Of a DNA stretch of 64,000 nt, positions 50,880 to 60,899 are shown one piece after another. The position numbers were made by a program, and so were the translations under genes. Each line of letters opens with the position of its first letter. The first letter of the stretch is position 1. The notes beneath the pieces are model-generated. The model saw only the letters and a program-made list of their open reading frames with translations. It had not been told where the DNA came from and searched no databases. The stretch is from Gemmatimonadota bacterium (GTDB taxonomy: Bacteria > Gemmatimonadota > Gemmatimonadetes > Palauibacterales > KS3-K002): positions 64,001-128,000 of the forward strand of contig JBDHJS010000006.1 in NCBI GenBank assembly GCA_039586795.1, read 5' to 3'.

Positions 50880-51380
50880 ATGCTAGAACCCGGACTACTC
50901 TACTTCGCCTACGGCTGTAACATGGACCGCGAGTTTCTATCGGAAGTCCTCAGCTTCGAGCTGCGGCCCGGCTACGTGGCCCGTGCCGACGGCTGGCGCC
51001 TCGCCTTCAACAAGGGTGGAGAAGGCGAAGGCGACTCGGTCTGCGTCAACCTGATGCCGGCTGACGATTGCTGCGTTTACGGTGTGATCTTCAGCGTGCC
51101 CAACAAGTCACTCCCGGCGTTGGATGAGTTCGAGGGCGTTCCAGAACACTACCGGCGCGAGACGTTGTGGGTGCAGCCGGAGGGGCGTCACGGCCGACAG
51201 GCGGCTCTTGCCTACGTGGCTCAGCCGGAGTGGGTCGTGGAGGAGGGAGTCCTCGATCCCGACTACCTACAGACGCTTCTTCGTGGCGCCGCCGACCACG
51301 GCTTGCCCGATATCTACATCGATTGGGTGGCGGATCTGGCGCGTGGCGCGGCGATCGGCCCGTTCAGGCCCCTTACATAG
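50880..51380 (+). CDS. Gamma-glutamylcyclotransferase family protein
   Basis: YFAYGCNM, VYGV, LDEFEG, HGLP..Y. Confidence 0.88.
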   Translation: MLEPGLLYFAYGCNMDREFLSEVLSFELRPGYVARADGWRLAFNKGGEGEGDSVCVNLMPADDCCVYGVIFSVPNKSLPALDEFEGVPEHYRRETLWVQPEGRHGRQAALAYVAQPEWVVEEGVLDPDYLQTLLRGAADHGLPDIYIDWVADLARGAAIGPFRPLT

Positions 51381-52830
51381 CCTTCGACAGCGCCTCCGCT
51401 TCAGCTTGGATCAGCTCCCACGCGCGAGTCACATGCTGCTCCGTCGTTCTTATGTTACCGATCGCCAGCCTCAGGGTGTAGCGATCGCGCAGCTTGGTAT
51501 GCGACAGGTAGATCTCGCCGCCAGCGCTCAGACGTCGGAGGAGCTCCTCGTTGAAATCGTCCAGCTCCTCGTCCTCCAACGCCGCCGGGTGCGCCCGAAA
51601 GCAGACGACGCTCAACGGTGTCGGTGCCATACGCTCGAAATTCGGATGCGCGTCTACCCAATCCGCAAACTGCGCCGCCAATCGAATGTGCTCCCGCAGG
51701 CGTTCCGCGATTCCCGCCGAGCCAAAGGCCCGCAGTACCATCCATAACTTCAGTGACCGAAATCGACGGCCCAGCGACACGCCCCAGTCCATGTAGTTCT
51801 TGATCTCAGCCTTGCTCGAATCCGTTCGCAGGTACTCCGGTACCAGACTAAATGCCCCCGTGAGCATATCCGGGTCACGGACGTAGAGCGCGCTGCAATC
51901 GATGGGAGTGAATAGCCATTTATGTGGGTTGACGACGATCGAGTCCGCGCGACCGCAGCCGTCCAGTACGTGCTGGTGTTCCGGAACGATCGCTGCCGGC
52001 CCGGCGTAGGCCGCATCGACGTGGAGCCACAGCCCCTCAGCCTCGCAGACGGTGGCGATCTCGGACACCGGGTCGATGCTGGTTGTCGAAGTCGTGCCCA
52101 CCGTCGCGGTGACGCAGAACGGCAGATGTCCGGCCTTGCGATCCTCGGCCACCGCGTCTCTCAGTGCGGCGACATCCATGCGGAAATCATCATCGCTCTG
52201 GATCTTTCGCACACCCGCCTTCCCGAGTCCCAGCACGATCGCGGCCTTCTCCACCGACGAGTGGGCCTGGTCCGAAGTGTAGAGCCGAAGCAGCGGCAGG
52301 TCCGTGCGCCCCGACATCCCTCGTTCGCGTATCTCCAGATCGGTCAGAGCGTGTCGCGCCGCGGCGATGGCGCATAGCGTGGAAGCCGAAGCCGTGTCCA
52401 TGATCACGCCTTCGAAGTCTTTGGGCAGCCCCAACAGCTGGCGCAACCAGTCGAGCGCCACTTCTTCCAGTTCCGTGGCCGCCGGCGACGTGCGCCACAA
52501 CATCCCGTTCACGTTCAGCGCCGCCGACAGCAATTCGCCGAGGATCCCCGGCGCCGAGCCCGAAACGCTGAAATAGGCAAAGAAGTTGGGATGGTTCCAA
52601 TGCGTGTTGTGAGGCACGACCAGCTTCTCGAAATCGTCGAGGATCGCATCGATCGACTCGGCCTCCACCGGAGGCGTTTCGGGCAGACTGTCTTTCAGGC
52701 ATCCGGGCTCGACCTGCGGGAGCACCGGAAAACGCTCCGGGTTCTCCAGGAACGATGCGACCCATTCGATCGCGCGTGCACCGGCGCGCTGGAAGTCCTG
52801 AAGCGGAATATCGCGGCTATTCGTCATCAC
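51373..52830 (-). CDS. Aromatic-L-amino-acid decarboxylase family (PLP group II)
   Basis: HWNHPNFFAYF, SPAATELE, AHSSVEKA, LHVDAAYAG, NPHKW, LGRRFRSLKLW. Confidence 0.93.
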   Translation of the reverse strand: MMTNSRDIPLQDFQRAGARAIEWVASFLENPERFPVLPQVEPGCLKDSLPETPPVEAESIDAILDDFEKLVVPHNTHWNHPNFFAYFSVSGSAPGILGELLSAALNVNGMLWRTSPAATELEEVALDWLRQLLGLPKDFEGVIMDTASASTLCAIAAARHALTDLEIRERGMSGRTDLPLLRLYTSDQAHSSVEKAAIVLGLGKAGVRKIQSDDDFRMDVAALRDAVAEDRKAGHLPFCVTATVGTTSTTSIDPVSEIATVCEAEGLWLHVDAAYAGPAAIVPEHQHVLDGCGRADSIVVNPHKWLFTPIDCSALYVRDPDMLTGAFSLVPEYLRTDSSKAEIKNYMDWGVSLGRRFRSLKLWMVLRAFGSAGIAERLREHIRLAAQFADWVDAHPNFERMAPTPLSVVCFRAHPAALEDEELDDFNEELLRRLSAGGEIYLSHTKLRDRYTLRLAIGNIRTTEQHVTRAWELIQAEAEALSKAM

Positions 52831-52961
52831 ACATCTCCACGAAACGACTGCGAAAAGCGCAATCTGATTTGCGCCGATTGGGCGGTCGGGATAGCTTCCG
52901 TCGTCTTCAAGAACCCAATACGTCGAGCCGCGCTCGACAGCAAGTGGATCGGAGTAAATCA

Positions 52962-53591
52962 GTGCCTGGAACCGATAAATATGCTCGACGCCTGGTCCCG
53001 GCGCTCCTCTTAGTCTCGGTACTCGTTGCCTGTTCGCGCTCCGATGAGGTCGGCTGGTCGGAACGGGAGATGCCTGACAGTGCGGGAGCGGACACGCTTG
53101 CCGGTGACGTGCAGGGCGACTATTGGGAGCGGGAGTATATCCGTCTGTCCACCGAGCTCAGCTCTCTAATGCAAGCGGCGATGGCGGACGAGCAGCTGCA
53201 GGCCGAGTATCAAGCACTCATCGCCGACGTCGATGAGGGAGTCGCCGAAAAGTCGTCGTTCTATCGCGGTCTGATCGACCGGCGCGAGGAGATCGAAGCG
53301 CGCTTCGCGGAGGTCGAGGAAGAGGGCAAGGTGATGACCGAGCGCGAGCGCGGTGAGTTGCGCATGCACTATCGGAACATCCTCTACGAGCTCGGTCGCA
53401 TCCGCGAGTACGAACTCCAGGCCGGCGATTTCAAGGATCAATTCTGGGAGTTCAAGGTCAAGCTGTTCGATCGGATGCGCGAGCTGGCACCGGAGCGCGC
53501 ACCGGACATCGACAAGCTTCAGGAATTGGAGCAGAGTCGGCCGCCCGACGTCGAACTGCCCGGTCACCTCCAGGCTCCACCGGAAGGCTAG
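52962..53591 (+). CDS. Hypothetical helical lipoprotein; start uncertain
   Basis: RRLVPALLLVSVLVAC lipobox; acidic helical body. Confidence 0.7.
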   Translation: MPGTDKYARRLVPALLLVSVLVACSRSDEVGWSEREMPDSAGADTLAGDVQGDYWEREYIRLSTELSSLMQAAMADEQLQAEYQALIADVDEGVAEKSSFYRGLIDRREEIEARFAEVEEEGKVMTERERGELRMHYRNILYELGRIREYELQAGDFKDQFWEFKVKLFDRMRELAPERAPDIDKLQELEQSRPPDVELPGHLQAPPEG

Positions 53592-53601
53592 CGAATTGAT
53601 G

Positions 53602-53643
53602 AAAACGGGCCGGGCTGCCGTTGGAGGCTGCCCGGCCCGTTTT
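53602..53643. terminator. Bidirectional terminator between convergent genes
   Basis: AAAACGGGCCGGGC/GCCCGGCCCGTTTT arms. Confidence 0.8.
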
Positions 53644-53659
53644 GGTTTGTGCCGCCGCC

Positions 53660-55750
53660 TCAGTCGCGTTTCAACTTCCGGTCGAAGAAGTCCGCCGCCG
53701 CCTCATAAGCCGCCAGCCAGTGCGCATGCGTCAGGAAGCCGTGAACCTCGTCTGGGAAGATGAGCTGCTCGAATTCCACGCCACGGACCCGCAGCGCCAT
53801 GACCAGGTCGACCGTTTCGCTGAACGGGACATTGCGGTCGTCGTCTCCGTGGATCAACAGGACCGGCGATCGCCAGGTATCGATGTCGGCCATCGGTGAC
53901 GACGCAAACGCCGCGTCCGCTACCTCTGGGAACCTCAGCGTGTCGTAGGCCGGGTAGAAGTTCTGGATCACCATGTTCCAATCGTGCACGCCGTGCACGT
54001 CGACACCAGCCGCGAACAGATCCGACGCCCGGGCCAACCCCAACGCTGTCAGGTACCCACCGTACGAGCCGCCCCACAAACCGATCGCGTTCGGGTCCAC
54101 ATCGTCCCGAGCCCGCAAGTACAGCCCCGCGCCCAAGACGTCGTTGAATTCACTGGCCCCATTGGCGCCGTAGTTGAGCGCCTCGCGGAATTCCATACCA
54201 TAACCGATTCCGCTTCGGTAGTTCACTGACAGCACGATATAGCCGCGGCTGGCCAGGTACTGGTTCAACGCGTAAGCGTTGTGATAGTACCCGCGATAGT
54301 GCCAGCCCAGTACCATCTGGCGACGCGAGCCGCCGTGGAAGAACAACACGGCAGGATATCGCTCTCCGCGCCGCGTCCGCGGCGGCATGAACAGCTGTCC
54401 ATGAATCGGCATCCCATCCGCCGCCGGGAAAATCACCTGCTGCGGGACAACCAGCGTGGCGCTCGGGAAGTCACCGGGGATCGCGTCAGGCGCCAGATCG
54501 CGTATGTCACCGTCGACCAGCAGCGCCGGTCGGGCAGGTGAGCGGGCGTCAGAGCGCAGAAAAGCGATCGCCGCTCCGTCGGCGGTCTCCACCGCGGACC
54601 ATTCGATGCCGTCGCCCCGGGTCAATTGGGTTGGTGAGCCGCCAGAGGCGGAGACGCTCCACAGGTTCCGTCGATCGATGTCGCCCTGGTTCGAATTGAA
54701 GATGATCTCACCACCATCGGCGCTCAGCGCTGCGTACTGAACCTCGAACTCGCCTGGCGTCAGCAGCCTGGCGTCTCCACCGTTCGCCGGCACCGAGTAC
54801 AGTAGCGTCCAGCCGTTCTTCTCCCACGGGAAGACGATCCGATCGCCAGACCATAGCAGTTGATTCGATGCCACTACCCCACGAAATACGCTCCCTACAC
54901 CGGGGTCGGCTCGCCAGATTTCTCGCGACGCGGCGCTCTCCACATCGGCGACGCGAATCGACCACGGTTCGCCGCTTCGCCGCTCGACGAAGGGTACGGG
55001 CCGCCGGGCCGCCGCCGTGCGGATGAATGCGATCCTGGCTCCGTCCGGCGACCAGACGGGATTGTTGTCCCGGTCCACCGAAGGGTCGAGCCAGGTGATC
55101 CGCTCGCTTCCCCGGTCGAACACGCCGATGAAGGCGTGATCGCCGCGAGAGCTGACGAACGCCAACTTCGAGCCGCCGGGCGACCAGCGCAGCGACCCGA
55201 GGCCGCCGCGCGCCTTGATCCACGCCTCGGGTTCTCCGCCCTCCAGGGTCACTTTCCAGATGGCGCCGCTCTTCAGGTAGGCGACAACGTTGCCGGTGGG
55301 CGCCACCGATGGCGATGCGCCTTCCGCCAGAACGCGCGGTTCGCCGCCCGCCGTGTCCACGATCATGATCTCACGTGTCACGCCTTCCGGAAGGCTCAGG
55401 GGATTTGGATACTCGCCGCTGCGGTTCGTCCCACCACCGCGGACGAACACGATCGATGCGCCGTCCGGCGTCCACTGCAGGTTGGAGATCGCCTGGCCGT
55501 CGTCTTCCTCATACGTGGTGAGTTGGCGAGCAGCGAAATCGGGCCCTCGGGCCATCCAGATGTTCCTTACGCCGCGCTCGTTGAACACCCACGCCACGGC
55601 TGATCCCGTCGGCGCCGCTACCAGGTCGCTGGGGAACGGCGAACTCATCACCTGTTGGACCGTGAAGCGTTCCTGGGCCAAAGCTTGGCCGGCTAACGCG
55701 GACACGGCGATCAACGTGAGCGCTATCGATCTGCCTCCAGGCTGCCGCAT
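53660..55750 (-). CDS. Exported S9 family (prolyl oligopeptidase-like) peptidase
   Basis: Signal peptide; WSPDG propeller repeats; HGG, GGSYGG, HGDDDRNV, DEVHG. Confidence 0.92.
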   Translation of the reverse strand: MRQPGGRSIALTLIAVSALAGQALAQERFTVQQVMSSPFPSDLVAAPTGSAVAWVFNERGVRNIWMARGPDFAARQLTTYEEDDGQAISNLQWTPDGASIVFVRGGGTNRSGEYPNPLSLPEGVTREIMIVDTAGGEPRVLAEGASPSVAPTGNVVAYLKSGAIWKVTLEGGEPEAWIKARGGLGSLRWSPGGSKLAFVSSRGDHAFIGVFDRGSERITWLDPSVDRDNNPVWSPDGARIAFIRTAAARRPVPFVERRSGEPWSIRVADVESAASREIWRADPGVGSVFRGVVASNQLLWSGDRIVFPWEKNGWTLLYSVPANGGDARLLTPGEFEVQYAALSADGGEIIFNSNQGDIDRRNLWSVSASGGSPTQLTRGDGIEWSAVETADGAAIAFLRSDARSPARPALLVDGDIRDLAPDAIPGDFPSATLVVPQQVIFPAADGMPIHGQLFMPPRTRRGERYPAVLFFHGGSRRQMVLGWHYRGYYHNAYALNQYLASRGYIVLSVNYRSGIGYGMEFREALNYGANGASEFNDVLGAGLYLRARDDVDPNAIGLWGGSYGGYLTALGLARASDLFAAGVDVHGVHDWNMVIQNFYPAYDTLRFPEVADAAFASSPMADIDTWRSPVLLIHGDDDRNVPFSETVDLVMALRVRGVEFEQLIFPDEVHGFLTHAHWLAAYEAAADFFDRKLKRD

Positions 55751-55910
55751 GGCTGCCTCCTCATTGGAGAGTTCGTGCACCGTGGAATGACTAGGATTTA
55801 GCGTGCCCGGTAGGAGCGGCGCAACGGTGGACGGATGCTCGCGCGCCGCGGCCTGGCACCACATCTTGTAAAGTTCGACCACCCACAGGCCAGCGCAAAG
55901 GAGTGGAGAG

Positions 55911-56828
55911 ATGCGTACGGTGCTCATCGCTTTCGTCATCGTTCTGACCGCAGTGGGTCAACCGGCAGCGCAGCAGGTCGCGGACACCACGTTCGTGCCC
56001 GAAATAGCCGCTCCCGCCTACTCGGAAGGTGAAGGCCCGGTCGTCTTGATCGATGAGGCGCACCACAACTTCCACACCGCCAGCGGTCGTTACTTTGCCT
56101 TCGCCAGGCTCTTGGGGCGCGACGGATACGTCGTGCGGCCTTCCGACCAACGCTTCACGGCCGCGGTGCTGGGCGCGGCGGATATCCTGGTGATCTCCAA
56201 TGCGCTGGCTGAACAGAATGTGGAGGATTGGTCGTTGCCCAATCCGTCGGCCTTCGACGATGATGAGATCCTTGCTGTCAGAGAGTGGGTACGCGACGGC
56301 GGATCGTTGTTCCTCATAGCCGATCACATGCCGATGCCCGGCGCTGCCGAGAAGCTGGCCGCCGTCTTCGGTCTGTACTTCAACAACGGTTTCGCCTTCG
56401 ACACCGCTCAGGATGGGGGCGCGCTCATCTTCCGTCGTTCCGACGGGTCCCTGGTCGATCACGCCATCCTCAACGGCCGTGGACCGGACGAACGCATCGA
56501 CTCCGTTGCCTCCTTCACGGGACAGGCGTTCCGAGCCGTGCCCTCGGCGGAGCCGCTGATGCTGCTCCCCAACACGGTCGTCCTGCTGATGCCTGTCGAA
56601 GCCTGGGAGTTTTCGGATCAGACTCCGCGCCTCTCCGCCGCCGGCATGTTGCAGGGTGCCGTGCTGCGATATGGCGAAGGCCGCGTCGCCGCTTTCGGCG
56701 AAGCGGCCATGTTCACCTCCCAGATGTCAGGGGACGAAAGCTTCGGGATGAGCCTGCCTGTGGCGGCGCACAACGCCCGCTTCCTGATCAACATCATGCA
56801 CTGGCTATCGGGATTGCTGGGCGACTGA
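55911..56828 (+). CDS. Exported DUF4350-like (GATase-like fold) protein
   Basis: VLIDEAHHNFHT, WVRDGGSLFLIADHMP, GRVAAFGEAAMF, NIMHWL. Confidence 0.75.
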   Translation: MRTVLIAFVIVLTAVGQPAAQQVADTTFVPEIAAPAYSEGEGPVVLIDEAHHNFHTASGRYFAFARLLGRDGYVVRPSDQRFTAAVLGAADILVISNALAEQNVEDWSLPNPSAFDDDEILAVREWVRDGGSLFLIADHMPMPGAAEKLAAVFGLYFNNGFAFDTAQDGGALIFRRSDGSLVDHAILNGRGPDERIDSVASFTGQAFRAVPSAEPLMLLPNTVVLLMPVEAWEFSDQTPRLSAAGMLQGAVLRYGEGRVAAFGEAAMFTSQMSGDESFGMSLPVAAHNARFLINIMHWLSGLLGD

Positions 56829-56938
56829 AGACCACCGGACGAGGCTCCGATGTTGCCGGAGGTTCCTCCTTCCATTTAGCTTGCGCCACGCAACGACCGA
56901 CCTGCGGTCGATGGTTACCTTGTCTAACGGGAGTCTCG

Positions 56939-58069
56939 ATGGCTGTATTCCGGGCCGCGCGGCATCTGGTAGGGCTCTACGCTCTGTGCTCGCTGACCGC
57001 CGTGCTCCATCCCATCGCCGCCAGCGCTCAGCCGTCGGCCGGTCGCTTCACCGTCCCTGACGGATTCCGGGTGAGCCTCTACGCCGATAGTCTTGGTGGG
57101 CCATGGGGCCTGACGTTTGGGCCCGATAGCCAGCTCTACGTTTCTCTTCGTGGCGACGGCGCCGTCGTTCGTCTGGTCGACGAAGACAACGATGGGGTCG
57201 TCGACTCCATCGCGACCGTGGCCATTGGCCTGAACGCGCCGGCCGGCATCGCGTTCTTGGGTGTGGATCTTTGGGTGGCGGAAGCATCGCGCCTCACCCG
57301 GGTGATGGGTGCTGCCTCCGAGATGCCCGAGCTCGATACTGTCCCGGCGGTCGAGTTTCCAGACGGCGATAACCTTCCCGCCAGTTTGTTGCTGGAGCCC
57401 TCCGCGCTCGCGTTCTATGTTTCGGTCGGCGCCGATTGTGATGCCTGCGATACCGACGACGGGCGGCGCGCGACGGTGCTGCGCTACGACACCGCCGAGA
57501 GGAATGTTAGAGTGTGGGCTCGAGGCCTCCGTCATGCGGCCGGCCTCGCCCTGAACCCGGCCACCGGTGAATTGTGGGCGACCGAGAGCGGGCGTCGCGG
57601 CTTGGGCGCCGACGTACCCACCGACGAACTGAACACGGTTCATCCCGGTCGCGATTATGGCTGGCCCTACTGCCATGGGCCGCGCGTGGCCGCGCCGGAG
57701 TACGCCGACCCCCGGCGCTGCGACCGCACTGAGAGCCCGGCGTTCATGTTCCCGGCGCGATCGAGGCCCCTGGGCATTGTGCTATACTCCGGCGATACCT
57801 TCCCCACGGATTTTCGTGGCGATGCCTTCATCGCGCTGGGCGGCTCGCCGGCCGGCCTCGTCGCGCCCCAGGTTGCACGACTGCGGGTGCGCGAAGGGCG
57901 GCCCGCAACGCTGGAGCGCTTCATGACCGGTTGGGGTGCCGAGGCCGCCAGCCCTGGTTCGCCGGTGGCCCTCGCCGTTGGTCCGGACGGCTCGCTCTAC
58001 ATCGCCGACGAAGCGGCCGGCCGCGTCTGGCGGGTCGTCTACCACGGCGTCGCTGTAGACCGGCCCTGA
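56939..58069 (+). CDS. Sorbosone/PQQ sugar dehydrogenase-like beta-propeller with degenerate motifs
   Basis: VPDGF.V..YA, DEDNDG, GLRH, DELN, DYGWPYC, GPDGSLYIAD. Confidence 0.8.
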   Translation: MAVFRAARHLVGLYALCSLTAVLHPIAASAQPSAGRFTVPDGFRVSLYADSLGGPWGLTFGPDSQLYVSLRGDGAVVRLVDEDNDGVVDSIATVAIGLNAPAGIAFLGVDLWVAEASRLTRVMGAASEMPELDTVPAVEFPDGDNLPASLLLEPSALAFYVSVGADCDACDTDDGRRATVLRYDTAERNVRVWARGLRHAAGLALNPATGELWATESGRRGLGADVPTDELNTVHPGRDYGWPYCHGPRVAAPEYADPRRCDRTESPAFMFPARSRPLGIVLYSGDTFPTDFRGDAFIALGGSPAGLVAPQVARLRVREGRPATLERFMTGWGAEAASPGSPVALAVGPDGSLYIADEAAGRVWRVVYHGVAVDRP

Positions 58070-58155
58070 ACCGCCCCTAGCTCCGCCCTTTCCCAGCCGG
58101 CCCGCATCCCGTATGTTGGATGCAACCGGCTGTACCGCATTACTTTGGAGTGACG

Positions 58156-58380
58156 ATGGGAATTGGCAATTTCGGTTGGACCGAAGGCCTGCTGATCGCC
58201 TTCCTCTTCTTGCTACTCTTCGGGGCCCGCCGGCTGCCGGAGATCGGCCAGTCGTTGGGAAAGGGCATCCGCGAGTTCAAGAAGTCGCTGACCTCTTCGG
58301 ACGATGAGCCCCAGGTCGGATCCGCCGACAAGGATCCGGCTCAGGTCGAGTCGCCCAGGCAGCACGAGGAAGCCCGCTAG
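58156..58380 (+). CDS. tatA: Twin-arginine translocase TatA
   Basis: LLLFGARRLPEIGQSLGKGIREFKK. Confidence 0.95.
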   Translation: MGIGNFGWTEGLLIAFLFLLLFGARRLPEIGQSLGKGIREFKKSLTSSDDEPQVGSADKDPAQVESPRQHEEAR

Positions 58381-58437
58381 GATTGTTCGGCGTCGGCCTG
58401 GCCGGCTCCGTTCGTGAAACCCTGTCTCGGACGATAG

Positions 58438-59259
58438 ATGCACGCTGCCGCGTACCTAACGTCGAGTGAGGCCCGAGACCGCCTGCAGAAGGCGCTCGGC
58501 GGTTCTTACGATCTGACCTTTGCCTCGAGTTGGTCGGATCTCGATCATCTCATCCGGCGGCTGGCGACCGAAGTCATTATCGTCGATCCCGTGCAACCGC
58601 ACGAGGCCGAGGTCGCTGCTGTCGAACGCCTTCGCGCGTACTACCCTTCGCTTCCCGTCGTCCTCTACATGCCGTTCGGTCCCGAGCTCGCCGATGCTCT
58701 CTTGAGATTGGGCAGCGTCGGCGTCCATCGCGCCGTCTTCTTCGACCACGGCGATACTGCAAAAGAGCTCAAGACGGCGGTCGAAGAAGCGCTCGCCGTC
58801 TCCGTGCCCGAACACATCTTTGGACGCATCGTCGATGGGCTGGAGCTCGTATATGGGGACGTCGACGGCGAGTTCCGCGAGATCAAGGAAGCGATCCGCG
58901 TCGCACTCAGAAACGTCGACACCATCCGCTCCGCCCTCGACTGGAGCGGCCACCTCGATCTGCCGCACCGCTCGTTCTATCGCAGCTTTAGCTCGTTCGG
59001 CCTGCCGACGCCCAAGACGTGCTTGCTGTGGCTTCGCCTGATGTACGCGGCCAAGCTGCTCGAGGACCCGGGCTACAGCCCCTACGATGTCGTTCATCGT
59101 CTCGGCTACAGCGCGCCCTCCAACTTCTGGCAGCACGTTCAGGACACGCTCGGGTTGCGCGCTTCGGAGCTGCGTTACGCGGCCACCTTCGAGACGCTGC
59201 TGCGGCGCTTTCTCTCCGACCAGATGAAGTCGCACGAGGTGAAGCGCGCCTCGGGGTAA
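58438..59259 (+). CDS. AraC-family regulator with receiver-like N-terminus
   Basis: IIVDP...YPSLPVVLY; C-terminal RLMYAAKLLEDPG..V...LGYSAPS.F. Confidence 0.8.
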   Translation: MHAAAYLTSSEARDRLQKALGGSYDLTFASSWSDLDHLIRRLATEVIIVDPVQPHEAEVAAVERLRAYYPSLPVVLYMPFGPELADALLRLGSVGVHRAVFFDHGDTAKELKTAVEEALAVSVPEHIFGRIVDGLELVYGDVDGEFREIKEAIRVALRNVDTIRSALDWSGHLDLPHRSFYRSFSSFGLPTPKTCLLWLRLMYAAKLLEDPGYSPYDVVHRLGYSAPSNFWQHVQDTLGLRASELRYAATFETLLRRFLSDQMKSHEVKRASG

Positions 59260-59417
59260 TCACGCCGTCGGAATACCGTGGCAGTATCCTCCAACCTGCT
59301 GTACTTTCCTAGACACTCGTCTTTGACCACCCACTTGTGTGACAGATCGTGCTGCTCGGTCGCGGCTTTGCCGAGCGCGAAGGTGATTCAGGAGCCATTC
59401 TCTCCGGGAGGTAGTTC

Positions 59418-59900
59418 ATGAACTCTGTGAGATATGCGGTTCTGGCCAGCACCTTGGGCATTGCCCTGGGATGTGCGCCGGCTTCCACGCCGTCCTCGTC
59501 CGAAGAAGATGTCGCCGCCATCACGCGCGCGAGCCAGGAGTGGGTAGCGGCGTTCGAAGCGGAAGATGTCCCGCGCGCGATGTCGTTCCTCGCGTCGGAT
59601 GCCGTGTTGGTGCCGCCGCACGAGCCGCCGCTTTCAGGGGCCGAGGCCATCGAAGCTTGGACTCGGCGAATGTTCGAGGCCATTACGGTCGAATCGGCGA
59701 ACACCACGGTCGACGAGGTGCGAGTGGCGGGCGATTGGGCGGTTAGTCATGGCGTATGGCAAATGTCGCTGACCATGAACGGTGTTACTGTTGGAGATAC
59801 CACTCGCTACGTACTGATCTGGGAACGTCAGGCTGACGGCCCCTGGTTGATCGTTTACGATGTCTGGAACAGCGCGCTGGCGGCAGCCGAAGGTGGATAG
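59418..59900 (+). CDS. NTF2-like (DUF4440/SnoaL) lipoprotein
   Basis: ALGC lipobox; DAVLVPP, GAEAI, GDWA, IWERQADGPW.I..D.WNS. Confidence 0.85.
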   Translation: MNSVRYAVLASTLGIALGCAPASTPSSSEEDVAAITRASQEWVAAFEAEDVPRAMSFLASDAVLVPPHEPPLSGAEAIEAWTRRMFEAITVESANTTVDEVRVAGDWAVSHGVWQMSLTMNGVTVGDTTRYVLIWERQADGPWLIVYDVWNSALAAAEGG

Positions 59901-60369
59901 ACACGCGATCAGGAACGCCGGGGCTATTCCAACCGGCGTGAAGGTCATCATTGGTTTCCACATTCTGAATCTCCTCCTCTGGTCGTTCGGTCAGACGGGG
60001 GCCGTCTTCTTCTACGACACGGTGGCGGCCTGGGGCCTCCAGGACCCGCGGGCGCTGCTCGATCCCGCGATCGTTGAAGTCAACCGGGGGATCGGCCTGG
60101 CGGACACGCTCGTCATGTTTCCGCTATTCGCGGTAGCCGTGGTGGGGCTCGTGCGCGGGAAGTTCTTCGGGGCCGTAGCGTCGTGGCTGGTCTTCGGCAT
60201 CACTCTGTACTGGCCCGTGGTGTTCTGGACCAGTCAACTCTTTTTCAGGCGTGGCGGAATCGAGTATCGACCAACGCCAGCTGCTGCGATCGTCCTGCCC
60301 GCTGCGTTCATGCTGTTCGCGGCTTGGGGGAGCTGGTATCTGGCCAAGATCTGGCGGGAGGAGACATGA
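59893..60369 (+). CDS. Hypothetical membrane protein (about 4 TM)
   Basis: Hydrophobic segments; WGLQD, GIGLADTLV..PL. Confidence 0.7.
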   Translation: MDRHAIRNAGAIPTGVKVIIGFHILNLLLWSFGQTGAVFFYDTVAAWGLQDPRALLDPAIVEVNRGIGLADTLVMFPLFAVAVVGLVRGKFFGAVASWLVFGITLYWPVVFWTSQLFFRRGGIEYRPTPAAAIVLPAAFMLFAAWGSWYLAKIWREET

Positions 60370-60875
60370 ATTGGGTCGCCCTGGGAGCGCTAGGGGAGAT
60401 GCTTGGTGCGGTGGGCGTCATCCTGACCCTCATCTACCTGGCGCGCCAGATTCGTCAAAACACGAGGGTCATGCGCCTGTCGACGTCGCAATCCGTGGCC
60501 ACGGCGGCGCGTGATTGGAACAGACCGCTGCTCCAGGACCCCGAGTTGGCCTGGACCTTTCAGTTGGGTACCGAAGACCCGACAAAGCTAGATCCCAAAG
60601 AGCAAGCGCGGTTCGTCGAACTCTGCTTCTCTCTGCTCAGGATGTTCGAGGATGCGCACTACCAGTATCACCAGGGCGCTCTCGACCCGGGCATCTGGGA
60701 AGGCTACGAAAAGCTGTACGCTACCTATGCGAAAGCGCCCGGATTCCAGGGGTATTGGAAGGTCCGGAAGCAGACCTTCCGGCCAGAATTCCGTGAATTC
60801 ATCGACGGGTTTGAGCCGACCGATGTCGCCACGTGGGGGACGTTGGATTGGAGATCTCTGATAGATCAGAGCTAA
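60366..60875 (+). CDS. Hypothetical protein with N-terminal membrane anchor
   Basis: MNW.ALGA.GE..GAVGVI.TLIYLA.QIRQNT pattern; ATGA coupling. Confidence 0.8.
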   Translation: MNWVALGALGEMLGAVGVILTLIYLARQIRQNTRVMRLSTSQSVATAARDWNRPLLQDPELAWTFQLGTEDPTKLDPKEQARFVELCFSLLRMFEDAHYQYHQGALDPGIWEGYEKLYATYAKAPGFQGYWKVRKQTFRPEFREFIDGFEPTDVATWGTLDWRSLIDQS

Positions 60876-60899
60876 CGCATCGAGGGTGATACTGCTGCC

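Noticed and set aside
56285..56938. N-terminal extension making a 594-aa fusion
   Set aside because: Overlaps the 55911-56828 gene in another frame; a signal peptide begins at ATG 56939
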